Positions 24,101-33,185 of a stretch of DNA of 64,000 bases are shown here, one piece after another (positions within the stretch are counted from its first letter, which is position 1; every line of letters begins with the position of its first letter). The notes below the pieces were generated by a model, which saw only the letters and a list, made by a program, of their open reading frames with translations, had not been told where the DNA came from and did not search any database. The DNA lies in contig CAWJAU010000007.1 in assembly GCA_963840945.1 (NCBI GenBank), forward strand, positions 21,648 through 85,647, in the 5' to 3' direction. The stretch comes from an uncultured beta proteobacterium. Its GTDB lineage: Bacteria; Pseudomonadota; Gammaproteobacteria; Burkholderiales; Casimicrobiaceae. The translations under genes were made by a program, and so were the position numbers.

Positions 24101-25302
24101 GTCGCGAGCACACGCTCTCGATCGTCCGGATGGATTCGGTCGTGCCATTCCGAATACGCATCGGAGATTTCATCGTCGCCGTGTCCGATCTGACGCTTCC
24201 ACTCGGGCGAGTAGCGGACGCGGTCCGTCTGGAGGTCCCAGTCGAACAGACCGACATTGCCCGCGCCAACCGCCTGCCGAAGCGAACCGAGCGCGCTGTC
24301 GAGCTCGTCCGTCTTGGCCGCGACGCGCTTGCGCAGCATCCGGTTCCAGATGACGAGCACCAGGTAGAGCACTAACGCGATTGCGGCAACGATTGCAAGG
24401 TAATACAGAAAACGGGTCGCCAATGGAAACTGGATCGGGTTTCCGACCCACTGATTGTCGATGTCCTCGAGCTCGTTCGGCGAGAACTTGTCGAAACCCT
24501 GCTGGATGAATGCGAGGAGCTCCGTGCGGCCCTTCTTGACGGCCCAATGAAACTTTGTCGCGTAGAGCGGTGGCGAAGCGCGAAAGTCATCTGCGAGCTG
24601 CAACTTGTAAAGGTAGTAGCGCGCAGTCATCGAATCCATGCAAAACAGCCGAACCTCGCCCGATCCCGCGGCATTGACCAGGGCCTCGGAACTCGGGTAC
24701 TCGCGCAGCGTGATTCCGCGCTCCGACAGCCAATTGCCGCAGGCGCTTCCACGCTTGGCGCCGATCGTGAAGCCGCGCATGCTCGCAACGTCGCTGATCG
24801 CCGATATGCTGCGATGGAAGTAGACATGCGCCTCGACCGGTGCGTACGGCTGCGAGTACTCGTACAACCCGGCGCGATCGGCGGTGTACGACAGGGTCTC
24901 GATGACGTCATCGATGCCCTGCTGGACCGATTGCTGCGCATCGATCCAGGTTTTCCCCTTGACCTCAGCCGGGATGCCGGTTTTTTCCGACCAGCGGTGC
25001 CACTTGTCGCGGATGATCCCCTTCAACTCGCCGTCGTCGGACGTGAACAGGTAGGGTGGGTAGTCAAAGTCGGTGACGACGGTAATTCGCTCGGGTGGGG
25101 TGAACGCGGCGAACGTAGCGCTGGCAGCCAAAGACCAGACGATCGCAGAAATCGTCGCCAGCAATGGCGCAGCGAGTGGCAGCCAAGCCTGCGGCCACGG
25201 TTCTTCACCGTCCGGGCCGAATGGCTGCGCACCGCACGAGCCCTGGCAGGGAGTTTTCGCGGGGCAGCAAGTCTGGCCCGGTAGCCCCCATCGGCAGAGC
25301 AC
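21175..25302 (-). CDS. Periplasmic-binding-domain / TM / PAS-GAF-PAS-GAF / degenerate GGDEF / EAL signalling protein
   Basis: Intact 1375-aa ORF. It has an SBP_bac_3-like N-domain ('DFDYPPYLFTSDDGELKGIIRD'), a TM segment, and PAS ('FRFRHKDGSYRWI') and GAF regions. 'YYDSLTGLANRSLF' opens a GGDEF domain whose signature reads 'RLGSDRF'. The EAL domain has 'EALLRW', 'DDFGTGYSSL', 'KIDVTFI', 'EGVET' and 'QGYL'. Confidence 0.9.
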   Translation of the reverse strand: MLCRWGLPGQTCCPAKTPCQGSCGAQPFGPDGEEPWPQAWLPLAAPLLATISAIVWSLAASATFAAFTPPERITVVTDFDYPPYLFTSDDGELKGIIRDKWHRWSEKTGIPAEVKGKTWIDAQQSVQQGIDDVIETLSYTADRAGLYEYSQPYAPVEAHVYFHRSISAISDVASMRGFTIGAKRGSACGNWLSERGITLREYPSSEALVNAAGSGEVRLFCMDSMTARYYLYKLQLADDFRASPPLYATKFHWAVKKGRTELLAFIQQGFDKFSPNELEDIDNQWVGNPIQFPLATRFLYYLAIVAAIALVLYLVLVIWNRMLRKRVAAKTDELDSALGSLRQAVGAGNVGLFDWDLQTDRVRYSPEWKRQIGHGDDEISDAYSEWHDRIHPDDRERVLATVRGCIDSPPHECRVQFRFRHKDGSYRWILAQAGAQVETHGKVARIVGSHVDITDQKRNEALVAGQAQVHELVATGAPLEQSLDSLLRVVEAQSPGMLGSILLLDADGTHVHHLAAPSLPVAFCRAIDGESIGEGAGSCGTAMFRREPVIVEDIASDPLWADYRDIALRHGLRAAWSTPIFDADKEVLGSFALYFTEPRRPSEFHRELIALVTHCAAIVISKRREQLALIEGEERLRLAIIGAHLGTWHLDLSTRRLVCSDACLALCGLAAGTAFSPARFLELLHPADHDAADAALRRALKDRVSYESELRVIWPDGTIHWLAVRGRAYPAPDGRAARMEGIAFDITGRKLDTERIQRLDRVHALLSSINSVIVRVRDDQELVHEACRLAIVMGRFRCAWIGIVDRSGPGVRLAASHGADAGFLAELDATLLRDVFATHGILRATLDTQAPLVVNDVEHADVEIPMLAAVRERGIRAYALLPLLANGGAIGVMGLYMDEPDSFDAAELDLLNEIAGDIAFGLDHIRKEERITFLAYYDSLTGLANRSLFHDRLTAMLRKAEREGQTLALCVADLDHFKNFNDALGRESGDLLLVEFGKRLLSCADTPEQVARLGSDRFVIALPHDRAIDPLHTRIEAHLDRCTAQPFRLADSEVHIAARFGISLYPADGSDADALFRNAEAALKNAKVDGERVLFYVPYMTERVGERVALENRLRGALEREELVLYYQPKVDAVNFAVTGVEALLRWQDPYAGLVLPATFVPLLEETGMILEVGAWAIGRAIADHSRWVARGLAAPRVAVNVSAVQLRQRDFVDLVRDALAASPSRTESPLDIEITESVIMKDVETNVSKLRAIHDLGVKIAIDDFGTGYSSLSYLARLPVQVLKIDVTFIARMSQESSIITVVTTMISLAHSLGLTVVAEGVETEEQAAALKRLGCDELQGYLVSKPVTFEQVAELLQRQAASDTLYEVGVGAI

Positions 25303-25505
25303 GCCTCACGTTATTACTATCCTCTCTATTCTTCCTCTCCCGCATCCGAAGATCGCGCTGGATGCTCGATCGTTCCCGGCCCGGTTTTTCAAACAATCGG
25401 AAGCATATACCTGAGCTCGCATGCGCAGCTGTTCGCGGCCCGGTTGCACTCCCTACACATCAATCAACGCTTGCCTTCGGGCAGGCCGTTTTCCTTTTTC
25501 GGCGC

Positions 25506-26825
25506 TCACTTTTCGACGCCCATCACCGCGTCGGGAAGCCAGGTCGCGATCTCAGGGAACGCGGTGATCAGGGCAATGCAAACGATGAGCAGCGCGAAGA
25601 AGGGCAGCGACATCCTCGCAATCGTGTTGCTGTCTCGCCCGGTCATGTTCTGGAGGACGAACAGGTTGAAGCCGACCGGTGGCGTGACCTCCGCGATCTC
25701 GACCAGCAGCACGACGAAAATGCCGAACCAGATCAGGTCAAAGCCCGCCTTCTGGATCATCGGCAGGACGACCGCCGAAGTCAGCACGATCATCGAGATG
25801 CCGTCGAGCGCGGTGCCGAGGATGATGTAGGCCACGCAGAGCACCGCGATCAGCCCGTAGGGCGGCAGGTTGAGCACCGCGACCCATTCCGCGAGCGCGC
25901 GCGGAATGCCGGTGTAAGCCATCGTCATCGACAGGAACTTCGCCCCCGCGAGAATGAACATGATCATGCACGAGACCCGCGTCGCGCTCATCAGGCTGTC
26001 GATGAACGAGCGGCGGTTGAGCGAGCCTCCCGTCCATGCGAGGATGAGGGAACCAAGCACGCCGTACGCCGCGCACTCGGTGGCCGTGGCCCAGCCGGCG
26101 ACGAGCACGACCACGATGAACACGATCAGCAGCATGCACGGGATGAGTTGGCCGGAGCGGCGGAACTTCTCGACGAGCGTCGTGGGCGGCTCCGGTGCCG
26201 GCTGGAGCTCCGGGTGCCGCCAGGCCCACCACGCGATGTAGCCCGAGAACAGCAGCATCAGCAGCAGACCGGGCAGGAAGCCCGCGAGGAAGATCCGGAT
26301 GATCGACGCCTCGGCCGCCACGGCGTAGACCACCATCGTGATCGAGGGCGGGATCAGGATGCCGAGCGTGCCGGCCGTCGCGAGCGATCCCAGCGCGATG
26401 CGCTCGTCGTAGCCGCGTCGCAGAAGCTCCGGCAGCGCGACCTTGGAAATCGTCGCGCAGGTCGCGGCGGAGGACCCCGACACCGAACCGAAGATTCCGC
26501 ATCCGAGGATCGTCGTGTGCATGAGGCGCCCGGGCACGCGATTGAGCCAAGGTGCGAGACCCGTGAACATCTGCTCGGAGAGCCGCGTCCGGAACAGGAT
26601 CTCCCCCATCCAGATGAAAAGCGGCAACGCCGCGAGCTCCCATGAGGCGTTCGCGTTCCAGAACGCCGTGAAGAGATTCTTGGCCGTGACGCCGACGGAC
26701 AACGTGGTGAAGCAGACCATGCCCACGCCGCCGATGATCGCGAGCGTCATTCCGATCCAGACGCCGGCTGCGAGCAGCACGAACATCAGGACCAGCAGGA
26801 CCGCGCCGATTTCGACCAGCGTCAT
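25506..26825 (-). CDS. dctM: TRAP transporter large permease
   Basis: 439-aa polytopic protein starting 'MTLVEIGAVLLVLMFVLLAAGVWIGMTLAI'. It carries typical DctM motifs ('GSVSGSSAATCATI', 'GTLGILIPPS'). Its start overlaps the dctQ stop by 4 nt. Confidence 0.92.
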   Translation of the reverse strand: MTLVEIGAVLLVLMFVLLAAGVWIGMTLAIIGGVGMVCFTTLSVGVTAKNLFTAFWNANASWELAALPLFIWMGEILFRTRLSEQMFTGLAPWLNRVPGRLMHTTILGCGIFGSVSGSSAATCATISKVALPELLRRGYDERIALGSLATAGTLGILIPPSITMVVYAVAAEASIIRIFLAGFLPGLLLMLLFSGYIAWWAWRHPELQPAPEPPTTLVEKFRRSGQLIPCMLLIVFIVVVLVAGWATATECAAYGVLGSLILAWTGGSLNRRSFIDSLMSATRVSCMIMFILAGAKFLSMTMAYTGIPRALAEWVAVLNLPPYGLIAVLCVAYIILGTALDGISMIVLTSAVVLPMIQKAGFDLIWFGIFVVLLVEIAEVTPPVGFNLFVLQNMTGRDSNTIARMSLPFFALLIVCIALITAFPEIATWLPDAVMGVEK

Positions 26826-27277
26826 ACGTCCTCGCTGAAGTCGCCGCGCGCGTGGCGCTCCTCGATCGCGACCTCGTACGCCGGCCGCCCGCCCTTGAGG
26901 ACCGTCACCAGCTCGTCGATCACCGCGACGAGAAGGAGGAACACTCCGAGCACGAAGCTCGACTGCGGAATCCATAGCGGGATGGCGATCATGCCGTTCG
27001 CCATGTCGTGGAAATCCCAGCTTTCGTAGACGAACTGCGCCGCCGCCCAAAGAAGGTAGGCGACGAACGCGGCCGCGATGGTGAGCGCGACGATCTCGAA
27101 GGCCCGGCGGCGGCGGACGTCGAGGTGGTCGATCAACAGTACGACCCGCACGAAGTCGCCGCGCCGGAACGTGTGGGCCATCGCGAGAAAACCCGCCGCC
27201 GCGCAGCACCAGGCGACGATGTCGTCTGACCCGCCGGTCGCCAAGCCAAGAATGCGCATCGCGGAGGCGCCGATCAT
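26822..27277 (-). CDS. dctQ: TRAP transporter small permease, start codon unresolved
   Basis: Coordinates are from the first ATG. However, the first TM helix ('RVVDWLLDAAGWLAAAFIFAIFAV') is encoded in frame upstream, up to about 27352, with no ATG/GTG/TTG before it. No dctP gene precedes it. Confidence 0.75.
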   Translation of the reverse strand: MIGASAMRILGLATGGSDDIVAWCCAAAGFLAMAHTFRRGDFVRVVLLIDHLDVRRRRAFEIVALTIAAAFVAYLLWAAAQFVYESWDFHDMANGMIAIPLWIPQSSFVLGVFLLLVAVIDELVTVLKGGRPAYEVAIEERHARGDFSEDV

Positions 27278-27363
27278 AACGGCGAAGATCGCGAATATGA
27301 ACGCTGCGGCCAGCCAGCCGGCGGCGTCGAGGAGCCAGTCGACGACGCGACCTGGGCTATTTT

Positions 27364-27546
27364 CTAGATGATGGTTCGTGATATCTCCCTGTCGAAGATG
27401 TGGGTCTTGGACATTTTCAGATCCATCATCTCCGGAGTCTGCCCGACGGCGAGCGGGGGCATTCGCTCGGGCTCGTGCTCCCTAAGCCGAGCACTCGCTT
27501 CGACTTCCGTGAAAAGGTAAGTGATGACTGCCGAGTGGCCATCCAC
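27364..27546 (-). pseudogene. Detached N-terminal fragment of a class III cyclase domain (probable 5' end of the 18904..21157 gene)
   Basis: GTG-initiated 60-codon ORF encoding 'DGHSAVITYLFTEVEASARLREHEPERMPPL..KTHIFDREIS'. It follows the 'VTFLFTDIEGSTRLWE..PE.M' pattern that opens cyclase-STAND proteins, with Asp replaced by Glu at the first metal position. Confidence 0.5.
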
Positions 27547-27660
27547 GCCGATGCCTCCAAAAAGGCGCGATTGCGGGCACCTACTCTAACAGGCCCCGTC
27601 AGAGGGTAGTGACGCGGGGCTCGCCACGCGGCGGCGCCGCGAGACCCGTGTCCACCGCGC

Positions 27661-29041
27661 CTAGAGCGCTCCCGCCGCTGCCCGGCTAGCGGCTTCGCGC
27701 CAGCCCACGAAGCGCTCGGGCGGAATGGCCCGGCGACCGGCGACACGCTCAACCGCGAGGCGGATATCCGCGGTGCTGCCGGCCTTGAGGGCGGCGTCCA
27801 CGAAGAGCTGCTCGAGCACGTCCTGCTGGGTGTGGCTGCCGCCGAGTCGGTACATGCCGCCAATGGCCGGGCCGCATCAGGGCGACGGCCTCGGCGTGGC
27901 GCCCGGCGGCGTGGGCGAGCTGGGCCTCGGCGATCGGCAGCACGTAGTCGCGCACGATGGGAGGGACGGTGCCGCGGCCATTGGCGAAGACGCGCATCGC
28001 CTCGACCATGCGCTCCGCAGCGGCGGTGCGGCCGGTGGCGGTCAGCGCCATCAGCCAGTGCGGCAGCGTGAAGGCGGAGACGCAGTCGCCGATCCGCGCC
28101 TCGGCCTTGTCGGCCAGTTCCTCCCAGCGGTTGCCGACATCGACGCCGAGGCGCTGCAGGCGGAAGAGCATGGACGCTGCGTTCTGCACGTCGATGTAGA
28201 CATCCGGCGAGGCGACCGTGAGGGGCGCGGCGAGGTTGCGGAAGCGGCTATCGTAGAGTTCGAGCGCGGCGGCATGGTCGCCGTGCTCGAGCTCGAACAG
28301 GGCGCAGTGCCACCACAGATGGTGCTGCAGATTGTGGCTGCCCTCCCAGTTGGGCGCGAGCATGGTGAGCCACTCGATGCCTTCGCTGCGGCGGCCCTGC
28401 ATCTCCATCACATGGGCCACCGCGTGCGCGGCCCAGAGATCGCCGGGGTCGAGCTCGATGGCGCGGCGCCCGGACGGCTCGGCGCCGAGATAATTCCCGG
28501 CCTCCTCCTGGGCGAAGCAGCGACAGGCGAGGATCGTTGAATAGCCGGGGATGTCCTCCGACCACGCCGGGATCACGCGCTCGACGGAGGCGACCATGTC
28601 CTGCGGGCGGCCGAGCCAGAAATTGACGAAATGGGCGAGACGGAAGGCGACCACATCATGCGGATGGGTGCGCAGGATCGACTCCCACGTTGCGACGGCA
28701 CGATCGAGCTCGCCGTCGGCCCAGGCGGTCAGGGCGGCGATGTGACTGCGCTCGCGCGGGGTCGCGCCCGCGGCAAGCGACTCCGCGGTGCGCGCCGCCT
28801 GAACGGCGAGCGGAACGATGGCCTGCTTGAAGCCGAGCATGGCGAAATAGCCCTGCATGCAATGACCAAGCGCGAAGTCCGGATCGGCTTCCAGCAGGGC
28901 GTTGAGACGGGCGGGCGTATCGGCTCGGTAGGTGAGGTAGCCCGTGACGAGATAGTCGTAGGCAGCGGCCGCCTCGGCGCTGGCGATCGAGACGGGGAGG
29001 CCGCGGGCATCGAGATGCATGGCGTCGTTCCTGGCCGACAT
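27661..29041 (-). pseudogene. TTC38-like tetratricopeptide-repeat protein, one frame disruption near 27870
   Basis: 'LGHCMQGYFAMLGF..THPHDVVAFRLAHFVNFWLG..HHLWWHCALFELEHGD'. The C-terminus continues in ORF 27661..27855 ('MYRLGGSHTQQDVLEQLFVDAALKAG'). Confidence 0.75.
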
Positions 29042-29110
29042 TTCCCGTACCCGACCTAGTCGGGCACCTTGGGGGATGATGATAGTCCCTCGCCGGGTGC
29101 GGATCGCCTA

Positions 29111-30656
29111 TCACGTGCCGCAGAACGTGCGGTAGCAGGCTGTTACGGCGGCTGGCGCCGGCTCGGCGTACAGGGCCAGTCCGGAAGCCTCGTCGTACGG
29201 CTGCCTGAGGGCCTCGAGCAACCGCTCGAACGGTGCGAGGTCGCCCTCATTCGACGCTGCAGCGAGCGCCTCTTCCACGCGGTGATTGCGAGGGATCACC
29301 CAGGGATTGACGCTCCGCATCGCCGCGGCGCGCTCGATGTTGGCCAACGCCGAGCCATGCCCCGCGCGGTCGTCCTCGCTGGCGCAGCGTGCCCGCCAGC
29401 GCGTCAGCCAGGCGTCGGGTGCGGGCGTGCCGAGCGAAGAGCGCGCGCAGCGCGGCTTCGTCACCGGCCGCGGCGTCGGCCAGCCGCCGCCAACCCAGGG
29501 TGAAATCCACCCGCTCGGCATGAAGCAAGGTCAACCAGTCCTCGGCCAGCGCGACATCGGCGCTGTCCTCGTCCGGTTCGCCTCGACGCAGCCCAAGCTT
29601 GGCGCGCTGTCCGCGGAGCAGGTGCCTGCGGTACTGCGCCGGGAACGCAGCAATGACCTCGGTAGCCATAGCTACTGCCTGCTCGGGATCGTCGGACAGC
29701 AGGGGCAGCAGCGTCTCGGCCAGGCGTGCCAGGTTCCAGCTCGCGATGTCGGGCTGGTTGCCGAAGGCGTAGCGTCCCCGGCGGTCGATGGAGCTGAACA
29801 CCGTGGCGGGATCGTAGGCCTCCATGAAGGCGCACGGCCCATAATCGATCGTCTCGCCCGATATCGCCATGTTGTCGGTGTTCATCACGCCATGGATAAA
29901 CCCCACGTTCATCCACTGCGCAACCAGAGCGGCCTGACGCTCGGCCACCCTCTGCAGCAGCGCCAGGAACGGTTGCGGTGCGGTGACGAGTGCGGGATCG
30001 TGCCGAGCGATCGTGTACTCGGCCAGTTTCCGTAGGCTGTCCATGTCACCGCGCGAGGCAAAGAACTCGAAGGTCCCGACTCGAATGTGGCTCGCCGCCA
30101 CGCGTGTCAGCACTGCGCCGGGTAGCTCGTGCTCGCGATAGACCGGCTCCCCGGTCGCTGCGACCGCGAGCGCGCGGGTGGTGGGAATGCCCAGCGCATG
30201 CATGGCCTCGCCGAGCAGCACCTCGCGAAGCATGGGCCCGACGGCGGCCTTGCCGTCGCCCCCGCGGGCGAACGGCGTGCGGCCCGAGCCCTTGAGGGCG
30301 ATGTCGCGGCGGCGTCCCTGCCGGTCGATCACCTCGCCGAGAAGCAACGCGCGGCCATCGCCGAGTTGCGGCGAGAACCCGCCGAACTGGTGGCCTGCAT
30401 AGGCCTGGGCAAGCGGTTCGGCGCCGTCGGGCAGTGTGTTTCCCGCGAATAGCGCTGCCCTCGCGGTGGCATCGAGCGAGGTGAGGTCGAGACCCAGCTC
30501 CTCCGCGAGTGTATCGTTGAGAAAGAGCAGGCGTGGTTCGCGTACGATCGCAGGTCGCTGAGGAACGTAGAACCCCTGGAGTTCGCGAGCGAATGAGTTG
30601 TCGAAGCGGAATGCAGCGGGGGTAGCCATCGGCTCGTATATTGTGGCCATCATCAA
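29111..30656 (-). pseudogene. selO: Protein adenylyltransferase SelO (YdiU/UPF0061), one frame disruption near 29440
   Basis: '[15 protein letters not shown]', '[24 protein letters not shown]', '[14 protein letters not shown]', '[25 protein letters not shown]'. The C-terminus lies in ORF 29111..29521 ('[19 protein letters not shown]'). The true start is possibly Met 10 (30629). Confidence 0.85.
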
Positions 30657-30776
30657 GTTTTCAATATCGCACTACCCAACCTGGGACGTGCCGAGCCAAG
30701 ACGGGGGCGATTGCTGAAGGAAATCATAGTGCGGCGCGGCTGACGAGTCTGGAGAACTTTCAACGAGGAAACGAAC

Positions 30777-31466
30777 ATGAGCGAACTGCGGTATCCAAAC
30801 GAAAGCAGAGAGTATCGCGATGCGCGCGAAGCATTGCTCAAAGACGAACAAGAGCTTATCGACAAAGTAAAATCGGTGGCAGAAAAACGCCGCAATCTTC
30901 CTCCCGGTGGGCAGTTGAAGGAGGACTACGTCTTCCAATGGGCGAACGACGGGAAAGTCGGGAGGAGCGTGAAATTTTCCGAGCTATTTGCCGACAAGAA
31001 CACCCTGCTGCTTTATTCATTCATGTACGGTCCGAACTGGGACAATCCCTGTCCTTCTTGCACGTCGCTGGTCGATGGGTTCGATCGAACCTCGTATCAG
31101 GTGACTCGAGACGCCGCGTTTGTCGCAATTGCCAAAGCCCCGGCTGATCGAATCAATGCGTGGGCCAAGAAGCGTGGATGGTCGCAGATTGCACTGGTTT
31201 CCGGATCGCACTCTGCCTATCAAGCCGACTACAAATGCCAGGGAGACTCCGATGATATGCAATTGCCGGTGATGCATGTATTCAGGAAGCAGGATGGAAG
31301 AATCCTTCATTTCTGGGGAACCGAGCTGTCGGCGAATCATGTCGACACGGTCTGGCCGTATTGGAATCTCATGGACTTTACGCCGGAGGGTCGGCCGGAC
31401 ATCCCCACGCCGCCACAAAATTTCAGGTCCGAATTCTTGGAAAAACACTATCTGAACAAGGAGTAG
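30777..31466 (+). CDS. DUF899 thioredoxin-like family protein
   Basis: 'LLLYSFMYGPNWDNPCPSCTSLVDGFD..AIAKAPADRINAWAKKRGW'. The 229-aa ORF is intact and sits in a visibly lower-GC stretch. Confidence 0.85.
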   Translation: MSELRYPNESREYRDAREALLKDEQELIDKVKSVAEKRRNLPPGGQLKEDYVFQWANDGKVGRSVKFSELFADKNTLLLYSFMYGPNWDNPCPSCTSLVDGFDRTSYQVTRDAAFVAIAKAPADRINAWAKKRGWSQIALVSGSHSAYQADYKCQGDSDDMQLPVMHVFRKQDGRILHFWGTELSANHVDTVWPYWNLMDFTPEGRPDIPTPPQNFRSEFLEKHYLNKE

Positions 31467-31533
31467 TGTGGCGTGCAGGGCAACGCACGGCGGCCGACGA
31501 CACGGCCCAAACATCGCGACCGGAGGATACGCA

Positions 31534-33185
31534 ATGCTCGCAGGCTGCACGCCGTGGCCGGAAGCGGACGCGAAGCGGTACCGCGATCTCGGCTATTGGC
31601 AGCGCATCACGCTGACCGACATGCTGGCGCGGACGATAGGCCGTGCGCCGGACAAGACCGCGCTTGTCCATGGCGGCGAGCGGATCGGTTACCGTGCATT
31701 GGGCGAGACCGTCGATCGGCTCGCGTGCGGCTTCATCGGCGCGGGAATCAGGCCGCTCGACCGCGTCGTCGTCCAGCTTCCGAACATTCCGGAATTCGTG
31801 TACACGTACTTCGCACTGACGAGGATCGGCGCCATTCCGGTCACCGCGCTGCGCGCGCACCGGCACACCGAGGTCGGGCATTTCCTGCGCGCTTCGGGCG
31901 CCGTCGCGTACGTCATCCCAGACGCGATCAAGGGCTTCGATTACCGGGCGATGGCTCAGGAGCTCGTGCCGAAGGCGCCGGCGTTGTGCACGGTTTTCGT
32001 GGTGGGCGAGCCGGCCGGCGGCCAACACTCCTTGTCGAAGCTGCTCGCGACGCCGGCGGACACGGGTACCCTTGCCGAGGGTGCGTCCGGACCCGGCCGA
32101 GGTCACGACGATGCTGCTGTCAGGCGGAACCACGTCGTTGTCGAAGCTCATTCCCCGCACCCATGACGACTACGTGCTGAATGCGCGGCTCTGCGGGGCG
32201 GTCGGCGGGTTCGACGAGAGCACCGTGCTGATGGCGATCCTCCCGCTCGGGCACAACTACAATCTCGCCTCGCCCGGCATGCTGGGCGCGTTCTACTACG
32301 GCGGGACCGTCGTGCTGGCGCCGTCGGGCGAGGCCACCGACGTGTTCGGCCTCGTCGAACGCGAGCGCGTGACGACGATCGCCGCCGTCGTGCCGCTGAT
32401 CTCGGCCTGGCTCGCTTCCGACGTGCCCGACCGCTTCGATCTGTCGTCACTCAAGGTGATCCAGAACGGCGGCGCCCGCCTCGCGCCGGAGCTGCGCAGC
32501 CGCCTGCGCGATCGTTTCGGCTGCACGCCGCAGGAAATCTACGGCACCGCCGAAGGGCTCATCAACATGACGCGGCTCGACGATCCGGATGAGCTGCTGC
32601 TCGAAAGCTCTGGCGCGCCGGTGTGCGTCGATGACGAGATCATCGTCGTGGACGACGACGGCCGCGAGGTCGCCGCCGGCGTTCCCGGCGAACTGCTGAC
32701 GCGCGGCCCCTACACTATCCGCGGCTATTACGACGCGCCGGAAAAGAACCGCGAGGCCTTCACCGAGGATGGCTTTTACCGGATGGGCGACATCGTGCGT
32801 CGCCAGGGGCGCCACGTCTTTACCGAAGGGCGGCGCAAGGACCTGATCAATCGCGGCGGCGAGAAGATCAGCTGCGAGGAGGTCGAGAATCTCATCTACG
32901 CGCATCCGAAAGTCAAGGTGGCGACGCTCGTCGCGATGCCCGATCCGGTTTTCGGTGAAAAGGCGTGCGCGTTCGTCGTGCCCAAGCCCGGCGAAACACT
33001 GGCATTCGACGAGCTGATCGCGTTCCTGCGGCAGCAGAAGATCGCGACCTTCAAGCTGCCCGAGCGCCTTGAGGTCGTCAGCCGAAATGCCGTTGAGCCC
33101 GGTCGGCAAGATCCTTAAGCGGGAGTTGCGCGAGATGATCACCGAAAAGCTGGCGCGCGAGGCCCGCGAGCGAGGGACCGCGTGA
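31534..33185 (+). pseudogene. Aryl-acid AMP/CoA ligase (2,3-dihydroxybenzoate/salicylate-activating, DhbE/EntE-like), two frame disruptions (~32080, ~33080)
   Basis: 'WPEADAKRYRDLGYWQ..', 'LLSGGTTSLSKLIPRTHDDY', 'YGTAEGLI', 'FYRMGDIV..GRRKDLINRGGEKIS'. The tail 'EMPLSPVGKILKRELR' is in a third frame. The stop overlaps the next gene's GTG (GTGA). Confidence 0.85.

Noticed and set aside
21160-27400. Search for mobile-element hallmarks (transposase, integrase, terminal inverted repeats, tRNA attachment site) around the 6.2-kb block that splits the cyclase-STAND gene.
   Set aside because: I could not recognise any. Only a short imperfect direct repeat (TTYGAC..GAGAT) is visible, so I do not call a mobile element.
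27550-27660. Intergenic stretches (27550-27660, 50862-50915 and 62738-63055) scanned for tRNA or small-RNA features.
   Set aside because: I saw no T-loop (GGTTCGAATCC-like) or cloverleaf-compatible repeats. Nothing here is supportable without a covariance-model search.
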